Assembly (NCBI GenBank): GCA_964016885.1
Contig: OZ024741.1
Coordinates: forward strand, 312,232,001 to 312,296,000
DNA length: 64,000 bases
Direction of reading: 5' to 3'
DNA from: Eledone cirrhosa
Taxonomy: Eukaryota
Position 1 is the first letter of the stretch. Each line of letters begins with the position of its first letter. Below, in pieces: positions 12,815-25,764 of this stretch. Below the pieces are notes generated by a model. It searched no databases. It saw only the letters and a program-made list of their open reading frames with translations, and was not told where the DNA came from. Both the position numbers and the translations under genes were made by a program.

Positions 12815-12995
12815 TGGCAGTATCGGTAGAGCGTCGGATGCCATACTCTTCAGCACAGAGTTACGTCCATTTATGGTCTGAGTTCAAATCCCGGCATGGT
12901 TAAATTTGCCTTTCATCCTTACGGGGTCGATAAAATAAAGCACCAATATTACACTGGGATAATTGCTCCTCTTGTGTTAAAAGTAGAAACAATTC
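12815..12995 (+). mobile_element. SINE copy
   Basis: tggcagtatcggtagagcgtcgg...gagttcaaatccc...tttcatccttacggggtcgataaaataaag...gtagaaacaatt. Confidence 0.85.
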
Positions 12996-13307
12996 TTTAC
13001 TCTGAACTAAATTTATTAAATAGGAAATCTGAAATATTTCCACTTGTCCTTATATTAATCTCCATTCTTTTCACTATTTTAAACCTATTAACTAATTTAT
13101 ATCAATGTAGATTTATACCTTACACGTTTCAGTACCATTACTATCACTGTATAATAATTTAGTTGCACTTTTAAACCTAAAAGTTTATAATATGTTTAAC
13201 TACTATATACTGTCTACCATTCTTCACACACACCTTCTCTGATCCTTTCTATTGCAAATAAAATTTATTATAATCACCTCATCACTTTTCGGCAAATTTA
13301 TAATACA

Positions 13308-13949
13308 CTAGCAGTAAAGCCCGGCGTTGCTCGGGGTCGCTCAGTAGCTGTGTTAAAGTTACAATGTTAACTTTCTTTTTTGGCTTAAAGTCTGTCTGCA
13401 CGACTGTCTGTCTGCACGCCTAACGAAATTTACAGATACATATATTTTAAATAAACTTATATAATTTTTGCTTTTTTTTACGAAATATTTGCTTGTTTTA
13501 CGTAGTCTTTAAATAGACTTGTTTTCAAGTAAAAATATTGTTTTAAAAGGCTTTTAAATGGAAATGAAGCAAAACGGAAGCTTAGTGTTCGAACTGATGA
13601 ATTTTGCAGGTCAAAATTTTGCTGGCTCGACAACTGTTCGTGTATTGTGTTAATGTCATTTTAAACGCTGAGAAAGCCAGCGTAATTTTTTTAATTTTTG
13701 CACGCAGTAAGACGCTCAACGTAAACAGAACAAAGGGAAATAACTCGTCACTTACGCTCAAAAATCGATACATTATATTCGATTTCGTCACATAGGGTAG
13801 GTCAATTTGAAATTTTTTTTTCCGATGTCTTCGCTAGGGCTCAATGTACAAGTATAGCAATTTCGGTGCAATTCCGTCAGAGATTCTAAGAGGAGATGTG
13901 TGCCAAAAATCGATAGACAGACAGACAACCACAGCTTTATATATATAGA
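13308..13949 (-). mobile_element. Non-autonomous Helitron (642 bp)
   Basis: Minus strand reads 5'-TCTATATATATAAAG...cccgagcaacgccggg hairpin...CTAG-3'. It is inserted between A and T without TSD. The empty site taataca|ttgtt is present in the duplicate at ~17968-17979. Confidence 0.92.
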
Positions 13950-15097
13950 TTGTTACCATACCTTTTCTCACATGCCTTACTTACATTTATTTTTGCTAAT
14001 ATATATATAACAACCTATGTCACACCATATATTTTTCATTTAATATTAACTATTGAATACTAGTATAATTAACTTTTTTTTAATAATTCAAAGTACTTTT
14101 AGTATATATAGATAATTTCTTTGTAATATGTAGTTATTATTCATTTAAAGTTCTTTAGTTTTGCAATCATTAAACCAGAAAATAATTATTTAAAAAATTC
14201 GATTCCGATATATTTTTAGATACTAAATTTTTCTACTTTTTCTTATTAAATATATAGTAACTCTCTAATATATAGAATATTTGACATAAATTACCTCCCC
14301 TTTATTTTTATTTTGTTTTAATCCTTTTTTTTATTTTTTAAGGATTATTTTTTAAAAATTCCATGCTAAGATGGATGAGTTGTACTGTTGATGGCATATG
14401 ACTTTGTCTCCTCTATTCAACTATGTGGTGCTCTTGAGTGCCTAATTGATAATACTTCCATCTATATTGGATTTTTTACTTTGATGTATATATTTATTTT
14501 CTCAAAAGCTCCTTTGGACATTTTGAAAAATAATTATTTTTATGACTGAATTATGTAACTTATATCTTTCATCTGATTGTATGCTACACGTAATGTAATC
14601 TTTTTTTTAATGTATTGTTTAAATATATTTTTAAATATATTGTTTAAAATTTATTTTTTTTTTGGGGGGGGGTGTATTTTTAAATTTATATTTAAATTTC
14701 ATGACTTCTCTTATTAACTTTATTAACTTTATTAACTTTATTAACTACTTATGGTATATATTTTTCACTGTACTTAATTTATCTGTAACAAAATGCTCTT
14801 TTACTTTTTAAAATTTATATTGGATTTATCTGCTCCTAATTTGTATTGAATTTATCTGCTCCTATTCTTCATTTGATTTGTCTGCCTCTGTTACCTTATA
14901 TAAATATTTATACTTATGCTTATCTACCCTCCCACATTATGTATCCTCCTAATGTTCTTGTGACAAAGTTTTGATATTATATTTGTGTTTGCTATTTGTT
15001 ATCAACTCCGATGAAAGCGGTCTTGTGCTAGGATGAAACGATCGGCAGTAATTAAATGTTTGAAAGTTTAACCACTATTGGATTGACATTTACATTG

Positions 15098-15260
<163 letters not shown>

Positions 15261-16124
15261 ATGTGTGTGTTTGTACGTGTGTGTATTTCTGTATTTCTCT
15301 CTGTCTGTCTATCTGTCTGCCTCTCTCTGTCTATCTGTCTGCCGCTCTCTCTCTAAATTCATGCCACTTAATGTACAATCTCCCTAACACAAAATAAGCA
15401 GAAACAGGTTGTCACGTGATCATACATTTTCTTATAAATATTTAAAGTGTGTTAGTTTGTATAAATGTATAAATAAACACACAAAACAGACACACACACA
15501 CATACACACACACGTTCTAATACTAGTGGCTTACTTAGGATCTAGCTGTGAAAATGGGCGCAGCTCAGCCGTCGGGTTCCTTACTCTTTTCATATATATA
15601 TATATATGTATTTATATATATATACTTATATATATATATATGTGTATTTATATATATGTGTATGCGTGTGCGTGCGTTTATATATATGTTAGTGTGTGCG
15701 TGAGTGTGTGTGTGTGTATGTAGTTATTTAAATTTATACTTCAGACAGTTCACTACGAAATTCCAATTTACTCAGGTGGTTAAAATTTCCGTTCCTTGCT
15801 GATCTTTCATATGTATTGACGATTTGATTTAAGTCTAGCAATAACACGCCACAGAATACGAACTTAGAGGATTTTAAAATAAAATGCGTGTCGTCCTCTA
15901 CCATAGTGTCCACATAAATCACATCATACAGTACGTTTCCTCCAGAATATAGATTCCTCTGGAACTCACTCGGTGGTTATCCTTATCATCTACAGGTGTT
16001 ATCTACGTAAATTCATGACATTTAGGGAAATCATTTATGTATAAAAGTCACATAACAGAGACTGTAATAAAATATTTCTTTAGTTTTCGAGAATATAATA
16101 GTTTTACAAAACTAAGTGTTGAGC

Positions 16125-16440
16125 CTTTCTCTTATCCTCTGTCTTTAACCCTGTCTTTTCCACTGTCTTTTCCTTTCTCTTTTTCCCTGTCTTTTCCACT
16201 GTCTTTTCCGCTCTCCTTTTCGTTGTCTTTTCCTTTGTCTTTTCCCCTGTCTTTTCCGCAGGCTTTTCCACTCTCTTTTCCTTTCTCTTTTCCCCTGTCT
16301 TTTCCGCTGTCTTCTTTCTTTTTTCCGCTGTTTTTCCTCTCTCTTTTACCCTCTCTCTTCTGCTCTCTTTGGCACTCTCTTTAACACTCTATTTTCCGCT
16401 GCTTTTTCTCTGTCTTTCCCAATGGATTTTCCTCTGCTTC
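16125..16440. repeat. 12-bp minisatellite (ttttccNctgtc); longer paralogue at ~20750-21140
   Basis: Repeated tcttttcc(c/a/g)ctg units. The minus frame reads EKTG/EKPA tetrapeptides. Confidence 0.9.
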
Positions 16441-17585
16441 TTCTTCTGTTGTTATCTACTCGATTTTTATTTCTGAAAGTGTATGCACATATTTTATACA
16501 ATTTAGTATGTATCCTAATTACAGCGTATCATGTTTACTCTATCGCCTACATATGTTAATACAATCATGGCACCTTCTTTCTGTGTGAGTAGCTATATTT
16601 TGTACAAGTGGGTTTAAAAGTAAGAAATAGAATATAGTGTAGAGAGCTTTCTAATTCCTCCATTCTTACATAATTGAAACAATTAACCTAGGTAAGATCA
16701 TAATTTAACCAATATAAAATATGTCCTTATTTCATTTATTTTCACTCATTTATGTTCTGATACGAATGTGATTTTCACCGCTACTGATTAGTCGATAGAA
16801 TAAGTAACAGTCTTGTATTGCGAATCGGTTCGCTTTCTCAATACATGTCATGACAGTTTATAATATCGTGGCCATGTAAGACATATTTCTTATAGGCAAT
16901 ATGCCTTAGGTACATATATCAGAGCTGATGCTAATTGGTAACTGTTTAAAAAAATTAGATTTCTGGATAATATATTTTATGATACTTGTCTCAACTTCAT
17001 CATTTTGAGTGTTATCCCGTAATTTTAATTTTATTTTAACTGGGTTTGGGAAATATATAGTTATTGTGATAATATCTATAGCATGTCTATTGAATAAGGA
17101 TAATGCATGAACTAAAGGTAGTTGAGTGTCCTGTATCAGTCAAATCCTGACAGATGCAAATGTCTGAGAACTGGTTACATCTAATTGGTTCTGCGAATCT
17201 ATTTATTAGAAAGTTATTTGAATGGTTAACATATTTATCAAAAGTGGGGATGAGAAACTTTCTTTATGGCTGCTGTACCTGCTAAAGAAAGCAGTCAAAA
17301 ACACATAATGTTGTTCGCAAGACACCTAAATGTCAGTATGGTGATGACTGAAAGGTTTTTGATGATAGGTGTCCTCAGTTATGACTGGCCTGAGCCTAAA
17401 CAACAACAGAAGTGCGATAAAATTAGTAAACCCCAACTTCAGTAAATTATACAGTTATTAAACAGGAAATGATCTCCAGATGGGTTTGAGAATGGACTAA
17501 TGTAGTAGTGAAAAGCTATAATATAATATTACATTTGGCTTCCTCATAATTAGGATATTATTTAATTTCCGAAAATTTCCGAAAA

Positions 17586-17717
17586 GTTACGGCCCTTTAT
17601 AATCTGAGTTCAAATCCCGCCGAGGTTAACTTTGCCTTTCATCCTTACGGGGTCGATAAAATAAAGTACCAGTAATGCACTGGGTAATTGCTGGCCTTGT
17701 GCCAAAAGTAGAAACAA
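17586..17717 (+). mobile_element. 5'-truncated SINE with ~18-bp target-site duplication
   Basis: ttatttaatttccgaaaa at 17558-17575 and 17718-17735. The paralogous site at ~22248-22266 is empty. Confidence 0.93.
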
Positions 17718-19094
17718 TTATTTAATTTCCGAAAAGTTTTGGTTAGTAGGTTACTAATTTATATCAATGTAGATTTATACCTTATTCGTTTTAGTACCAT
17801 TACTATCACTGTATAATAATTATTTAATTGCACTTTTAAACCTAAAAGTTTATAATATGTTTAACTACTATATACTGTCTACCATTCTTCACACACACAC
17901 CCTCTCTGATCCCTTCTATTGCAAATACAATTTATTATAATCACCTCATCACATTTCGGCAAATTTATAATACATTGTTTCCATACCTTTTCTCACAAGC
18001 CTCACTTATATTTATTTTTGCTAATAATATATATAACAACCTTTGTCACACTATATATTTTTCATTTAATATTAACTATTGAATACTAGTATAATTAACT
18101 TTTTTTTTATAATTCAAAGTACTTTTAGTATATATAGATAATTTCTTTGTAATATGTAAAGTTATTATTCATTTAAAGTCCTTTAGTTTTGCAATCATTA
18201 AACCAGAAAATAATTATTTAAAAAATTCGATTCCGATATATTTTTAGATACTAAATTTTTCTACTTTTTCTTATTAAATATATAGTAACTCTCTAATATA
18301 TAGAATGTTTGACATAAATTACCTCCTCTTTATTTTTATTTTGTTTTAATCCTTTTTTTTATTTTTTAAGGATTATTTTTTTAAAATACCATGCTAAGAT
18401 GGATGAGTTGTACTGTTGATGGTATTGACTTTGTCTCCTCTATTCAACTATGTGGTGCTCTTGAGTGCCTAATTGATAATACTTCCATCTATATTGGATT
18501 TTTTACTTTGATGAATATATTTATTTTCTCAATAACTCCTTTGGACAATTTGAAAAATAATTATTTTCATGACTGAATTATATAGTCGAACTTATATCTT
18601 TCATCTGATTGTATGCTACAAGTAACGAAAACTTTTTTTAAATATATTTTTAAATATATTGTTTTAAAATTTTTGGGGGAGGTGTATTTATAAATTTATA
18701 TTTGAATTGCATGACTTCTCTTATTAACTTTATTAACTTTATTAACTACTTATGATACATATTTTTCACTGTACTTAATTTATCTATAACAGCATGCTCT
18801 TTTACTTTTTTAAAATGTTTATTGGATTTATCTGCTCCTAATTTGTATTGCATTTATCTGCTCCTATTCTTCACATGATTTTTCTGCCTCTGTTACCTTA
18901 TATAAATATTTATACTTATGCTTATCTACCCTTCCACATTATGTATCCTCCTAATGTTTTTGTGACAAAGTTTTGATATTATATTTGTGTTTGCTATTTG
19001 TTATCAACTCCGATGATACCGCTCTTGTGCTAGGATGAAACGATCGCCAGTGATTCAATGTTTGAAAGTTTAAACACTATTGGATTTTCATTTA

Positions 19095-19161
<67 letters not shown>

Positions 19162-19176
19162 AGAGAGAGTGTGTCT

Positions 19177-19304
<128 letters not shown>

Positions 19305-19397
19305 CTGTATTTCTCTCTCTCTGTCTATCTGTCTGATTCTCTCTCTCTAAATTCATGCCACTTAATTTACAATCTCCCTAACACAAAATATTACACA

Positions 19398-19600
19398 CAA
19401 GAGTAAGCTGGAAGTTCATAGGCTAACTATAAAAGAGTGATGCTACTAGGTCAGTGAAATCTTGCATGCATTAAATTCAAATATTCTTATTAATAAGTGC
19501 ATTGTTCCTTTCCAGGAACTATGTCGAAAACTAAACTTCATTTAGTCACTCCATGAGAGTTTGAAATTTTCAGCCTATGAAATGTTTAGCTCACCCTCGG
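19398..19600. mobile_element. ~200-bp Tc1/mariner-type MITE
   Basis: Imperfect TIRs caagagtaagctggaagttcataggct and agcctatgaaatgtttagctcaccctcg, resembling mariner CGAGGG-type ends. It lies in a ~490-bp block missing from duplication unit 1. Confidence 0.6.
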
Positions 19601-19974
19601 TCATATTTCCTCCAATATCTGAAAGGTAATACAAACAATTCTCAACGACCACTTATTGCATACACATTTTCTCTCCACCAGACAACAGAGACAACGAATA
19701 TGGTTTCACAGATCTAGATCTAACGGAAATATAAGTGACACTTTATCAAATCTTGTGTTCTTCACGTTTTATTAATGTCTCCCGTCTTTACACATTCTAT
19801 AATGCCCTTCATTGTTATTGCCTCAAATGAGACACCCTGCAACTCAAAATTTGATGAAATTATGACTTCCGAAACAAAGCAAGCAGAAACAGATTGTCAC
19901 GTGTTCATAAATTTTCTTATAAATATTTAAAGTGTGTTAGTTTGTATAAATGTATAAATAAACGCACACACACA

Positions 19975-20070
<96 letters not shown>

Positions 20071-20141
20071 CTAATACTAGTGGCTTACTTAGGATCTAGC
20101 TGTGAAAACGGGCGGATCTCAGCCGTCGGGTTCCTGACTCT

Positions 20142-20219
<78 letters not shown>

Positions 20220-20220
20220 T

Positions 20221-20251
<31 letters not shown>

Positions 20252-23210
20252 ATAAATATGTGTATTTATATATATGTGTATGCGTGTGCGTGTGTTTATA
20301 TATATGTTAGTGTGTGCGTGTGTGTGTGTGTATATATTTAAATTTATACTTCAGACAATTCACTTCGAAATTCCAATTTACTCATGTAAGTTAACATTTC
20401 CGTTCCTTGTGAATCTTCCATATGTATTGACGATTTGATTTAAGTCTAGCAATAACACGCCACAGAGTACAAACTTAGAGGATTTTAAAATAAAATGCGT
20501 CTCGTCGTCCACCATAGTGTCCACATAAATCACATCATACAGTCCGTTTCCTCCAGAATATAGATTCCTCTGGAATTCACTCGGTGGTTATCGTTATCAT
20601 CTACGGGTGTTATCTACGTAAATTCATGACATTTAGGGAAATCATATATGTGTAAATGTAACATAACAGAGACTGAAATAAAAAATTTCTTTAGTTTTCG
20701 AGAATATAATAGTTTTACAAAACTAAGTATTGAGCCATTCTCTTTGTATTTCCCTTTCTCTTATCCTCTGTCTTTAACCCTGTCTTTACCGCTGGCTTTT
20801 CCACTGTCTTTTCCTTTCTCTTTTTCTCTGTCTTTTCCCCTGTCTTTTCCACTGCCTTTTCCGCTCTCCTTTTCGTTGTCTTTTCCTTTGTCTTTTCCCC
20901 TGTCTTTTCCGCAGGCTTTTCCACTCTCTTTTCCTTTCTCTTTTCCCCTGTCTTTTCCGCAGGCTTTTCCGCAGGCTTTTCCGCTCTCTTCTCCTTTTTC
21001 TTTTCCGCTGTCTTTACCGCTGTTTTTTTATTTGTCTTTTCCCCACTCTTTTCTGCTTTCTTTGGCACTCTCTTTACCACTCTATTTTCCGCTGCTTTTT
21101 CTCTGTGTTTCCGAATGTCTTTTCCTCTCCTTCTTCCTGTCCTTTTATTTATTGGTTTCCTCCTGAAAGTGGATGTACATATTTTATCACAATTTAGTAT
21201 GTATCCTAATTACAGCGCATCATGTTTACTCTATCGCCTACATATGTTAATACAATCATGGCCCCTTGTTTCTGTGTGAGTAGCTATATTTTGTACAAGT
21301 GGGTTTAAAAGTATGAACTAGAATATAATGTAGAGAGCTATCTAATTCCTCTATTCTTACATAATTGAAACAATTAACCTAGGTAATATCATTATTTTAA
21401 CCAATATAAAATATGTCCTTATTTCATTTATTTTCACTCATTTATGTTCTGATACGAATGTGATTTTCACCGCTACTGATTAGTCGATAGAATAAGTAAC
21501 AGTCTTGTATTGCGAATCGGTTCGCTTTCTCAATACATATGTCATGACAGTTTATATTATCGTGGCCATGTAAGACATATTTATTATAGGCAATATGCCT
21601 TAGGTACATATATCAGTGCTGATGCAAATTGGTAACTGTTTAAAAAATTAGATTTCTGGTAATATATTTTATGATACTTGTCTCAACTTCATCATTTTGA
21701 GTGTTATCCCGTAATTTTAATTTTATTTTAACTGGGTTTGGGAAATATTAGTTATTGAGATAATATCTATAACATGTCTATGGAATAAGGATAATGCATG
21801 AACTAAAGGTAGTTGAGTGTCCTGTATCAGTCAAATCCTGACAGATGCAAATGTCTGAGAACTGGTTACATCTAATTGGTTCTGCGAATCTATTTATTAG
21901 AAAGTTATTTGAATGGTTAACATATTTATCAAAAGTGGGGATGAGAAACTTTCTTCATGGCTGCTGGACCTGCTAAAGAAAGCAGTCAAAAACACATAAT
22001 GTTGTTCGCAAGACACCTAAATGTCAGTATGGTGATGACTGAAAAGTTTTTGATGATAGGTGTCCTCAGTTATGACTGGCCTGAGCCTAAACAACAACAG
22101 AAGTGCGATAAAATTAGTAAACCCCAACTTCAGTAAATTATACAGTTATTAAACAGAAAATGATCTCCAGATGGGTTTGAGCATGGACTAATGTAGTAGT
22201 GAAAAGCTATAATATAATATTACATTTGGCTTCCTAATAATTAGGATATTATTTAATTTCCGAAATGTTTTGGTTAGTAGGTGCGATAGTTAGTAGGTGC
22301 GCACTGTTCTTAATGACTTTTGTAATGACATTTTTCCTTTCATATACACAGTTTATATCTCATTCAGTAGAAACTTGACTTCTATTCTTTCGTCCCTGAC
22401 AAACTTTCTATGAGTGGTGACCTTGATATATTTACATCTAGCTCTCCCTAATATGCGTGTCCTTGAATTGTGTTCTTCAAATTATCGGTTTATCGTGCGT
22501 AAATTATAAACAATTACATCCCCATTGGAATTGTTTGGTCTACTGCCAAATCGATGATTTTATTATGCAATCAAATATGCTATCTGTGTAAACCAATAAT
22601 TAAATCTAACCAAGAACTAAATCTAACCAAATTGTCGTCTTACAGTTTACTTATATGTCTGTCTCTCTCTCTCTCTCCGTAAATATATGACTGAACCATT
22701 GTGTTCATTGTATTCACAACTAAATTAGGCGAGTGGTAGAGATATTGTCACTCTATTAGACTTCAACATATTAGACTCAATTATAAACAGTTTCAATAAG
22801 TATGCATTTGACTCGTGCCATCTTGTAATGGTATAAAAAAAACTTAATATTGCTTGGGCTATAGAAAATGTAATTAGCTAATCAAAATATTTGAAGCAAA
22901 AACAATAAAATACTAATATGAAATATATAGGAAATTCAAAATATTGAGAACTAGATGTAATAGTTTTCAGTTTCCAACTTTATGCCTGATGTATCTGTAT
23001 TCAAATAACATCAAGGGAAAGCTAACAATTGTATTGATACAAGAAATCACATACCTGTAAATGAATACTGCAATCACACCTGAAATTACCAGGTAAGGTG
23101 GGATGAACACAATCATCACCAGATAAGCGGGATGTAGACTGTTTACTTCTGTTCAAAGGTAAAACATTATATATATATACATATGTGTGTGTGTGTGTGG
23201 GGAGGGTGTA

Positions 23211-23277
<67 letters not shown>

Positions 23278-23284
23278 ATATCAA

Positions 23285-23612
23285 GTTTTATGAAAGGTGG
23301 GTGAAAGTGGCGAGAATGGCCCGAGTGAATGGGCCTTCTCTCTATATCAGCCTGTAGGCTGAGGAAAAGGAGGAGGAGAGGAAAGGAGTACAAGCTCTTC
23401 GTACTCCTGGAGATGAGGGTTGCACATTTTTTTTCGGGGGTATGTGTTACCCATATAAACTGTCTCCCTCTATTGGGGAAAATCGACTAACTTTTAAATT
23501 CCATCTGTGATAACATTTTACACGTTTTTATTGTATGTAAACTTCCCCCTTTGTATTTGTCCCCTTCTTTTGTGCCCATGTGGCTAATAAAGAAATATAT
23601 CTATCTATATAT
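23285..23612 (+). mobile_element. Short 3' fragment of Tx1/L1-like LINE adjoining a (TATC)n tract
   Basis: tgaaaggtgggtgaaagtggcgagaatggcccgagtg...agcctgtag matches 28773-28839. Ends aataaagaaatatatctatctatat. (TATC)n lies at ~23212-23276. Confidence 0.85.
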
Positions 23613-23826
23613 CTCTCTTTCTGCCTGACGCGTGGAATATCTCCTGTAAGATTTTTTGTAAATTTATATACGAAAAACAGAACAAATTGTTTGACAAAAC
23701 ATTATTTTGTAGATTAACCACCAATTGACTTGTCAGCTAGGTGTTAATCCCATTATTCGCCCCTTTAGGGGCGAAAATTTAATTTAAAAATTGTTTTGAA
23801 ATATCAAATTCTGCCAACTATAAAAC

Positions 23827-24144
23827 ATGAATAACACGAAGGGAACGCTGGAGAACGTCGACAGAGAAAAGAGAGAGAAAGTGGCAGATTTTAACGTTAT
23901 ATCTGCTTCTTCTACTATGGACGTCACCATAGATACGACTGTCAACAAAGGGAAACAAATATTGCCACTTGAAGACTGTACAATTTCTACCATCGAAGCA
24001 GGGGAAAAAAATGAAAACACAGGAATTAAACCCATTAACATACATACACATGAAACAAACATCACCAACGCCACAGATACATCTACACATAAAGTTTAAC
24101 CTCGTCAATGAACTGAGATTTCCAACACCTAGGCTAACAACGAT

Positions 24145-24217
<73 letters not shown>

Positions 24218-25719
24218 CACAAAAAAATGTCTTTCGCTGAAACAGTGAACAAAAAACAAGATTTTATAACTCTAGACATCTCCAATGCAAGAGATATGCT
24301 CCAGCAAGGGAGAAAATTTGTAACTTTCGAAGAAAAGGGTTGGTTTAGAATTAACTCACACCTTGAAATAAAAGAAGACACAGTTCAAAGATCAGTGATC
24401 TTTAGGACTGTGTCCAATACCACGAAAAAGCCCATATTTGTTAGCCAAGGAGATATAGAAAATACATTGAAAGAAATGTTAGCAAATATCGAATTTCTCC
24501 AACGAGGAAAACAGTACGGAAGTGTTTCTGTACTGTTTAAAAGCGACGCACTCGCCCAAAAACATTCTGTGATACCAATAGTGTCAAAAGCATTCACCTT
24601 TTTCCCCACATACATGGGAAAAAGGACACAAAAAAATATATATATACCACCAAACATTAACATCTGTCTTCGTAGAGCCTGAAACTGATATGATTCTTTC
24701 GATACCAAAGTCTATTCAACAAAGATGGGCGGGTACTGATTTGGAGATTCTGTTGCAAATGAGGCCGGAGAGAATCTCCAAAATACCCGAAAGAGTCGTC
24801 AACGATGATAACAACAAAATAAACATTTCGGTAGAAGGACGAACATTTCATTGCTTTCGCTGTGGTAGCACAGCACACCTAAATCATTTGTCCTTCACAA
24901 ACACACGACAACAACATCATTAAAAAAACACTATTACCAACACCAACACCAAAACAACCACCACCACCACAAGTACAACGACAGAAGAAACGAGCATCCA
25001 TACTAAAACAAACAGCCACTCAACCAACAACAACAGAAAAAACAGAGACAACACCCCTGAAGAACACAGCCCCACCCTATCCCACTCCATCAAACACTAC
25101 CACAAACACACACACCGAAACACCACCACCACACAACATACCCCTCCCCCACACTCCTGACGATGATTATTCATCGACGGATGAAGCTACTTCTTCTTTA
25201 AGCGAAGAAGAGGGAGAGCCGCGGAGATCTAAAAAACAAAAAAAAAGAGACACCACAAAACTCCAATCACCAACACTAACACACAACCACAGACACATAA
25301 AACAACAGTCAAACCAGCAAGACCAACTCCAACACCACCCCAAACACAAGCACCCACCATAAAAAGAAAACTCCCGGACGAACAACAAATTAATATAACA
25401 CAACAAAAAAAACAAAAAACAATACGCATACATCAACACAAACAACAAGAGTTTGATGGAGGTCATCTCCCAAAACCCCATTGTGGAGACGAAGGGCAAA
25501 ACTTTCTTCAAGGCAGAATCGTCTCCACACCTTTAACCTATAAGGGTTTCTATGGAAACCTATAATGACCTGAAAAATAAATTTTCACAGGTAGTGCGCA
25601 ACCGCTGCCAGAAACCCATCAACCGCGTCCTGTTAAAATGTTTCCCCACCCCAACCAACACCCAATCCAGCACCCCAATGGAGATTGAACAACCCGATCT
25701 CCAGGAAAAGAAGAGGTAA
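23827..25719 (+). pseudogene. LINE ORF1 (gag-like) remnant with CCHC-type zinc knuckle
   Basis: Broken ORFs 23969-24682 (SFAETV; poly-Thr from an (ACA)n tract) and 24690-24923 (VEGRTFHCFRCGSTAHL), followed by a T/P/K-rich low-complexity tail. Confidence 0.7.
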
Positions 25720-25764
25720 GTGCGCCTTTCGTCCTTTTCCTCCAACTCTTCTCCGCCAACATCA

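Noticed and set aside
23055-23079. Possible 25-nt minus-strand micro-exon (tttcag|...cag|gtatgt)
   Set aside because: Splice-like motifs of this length occur by chance. It cannot be supported without transcript data.
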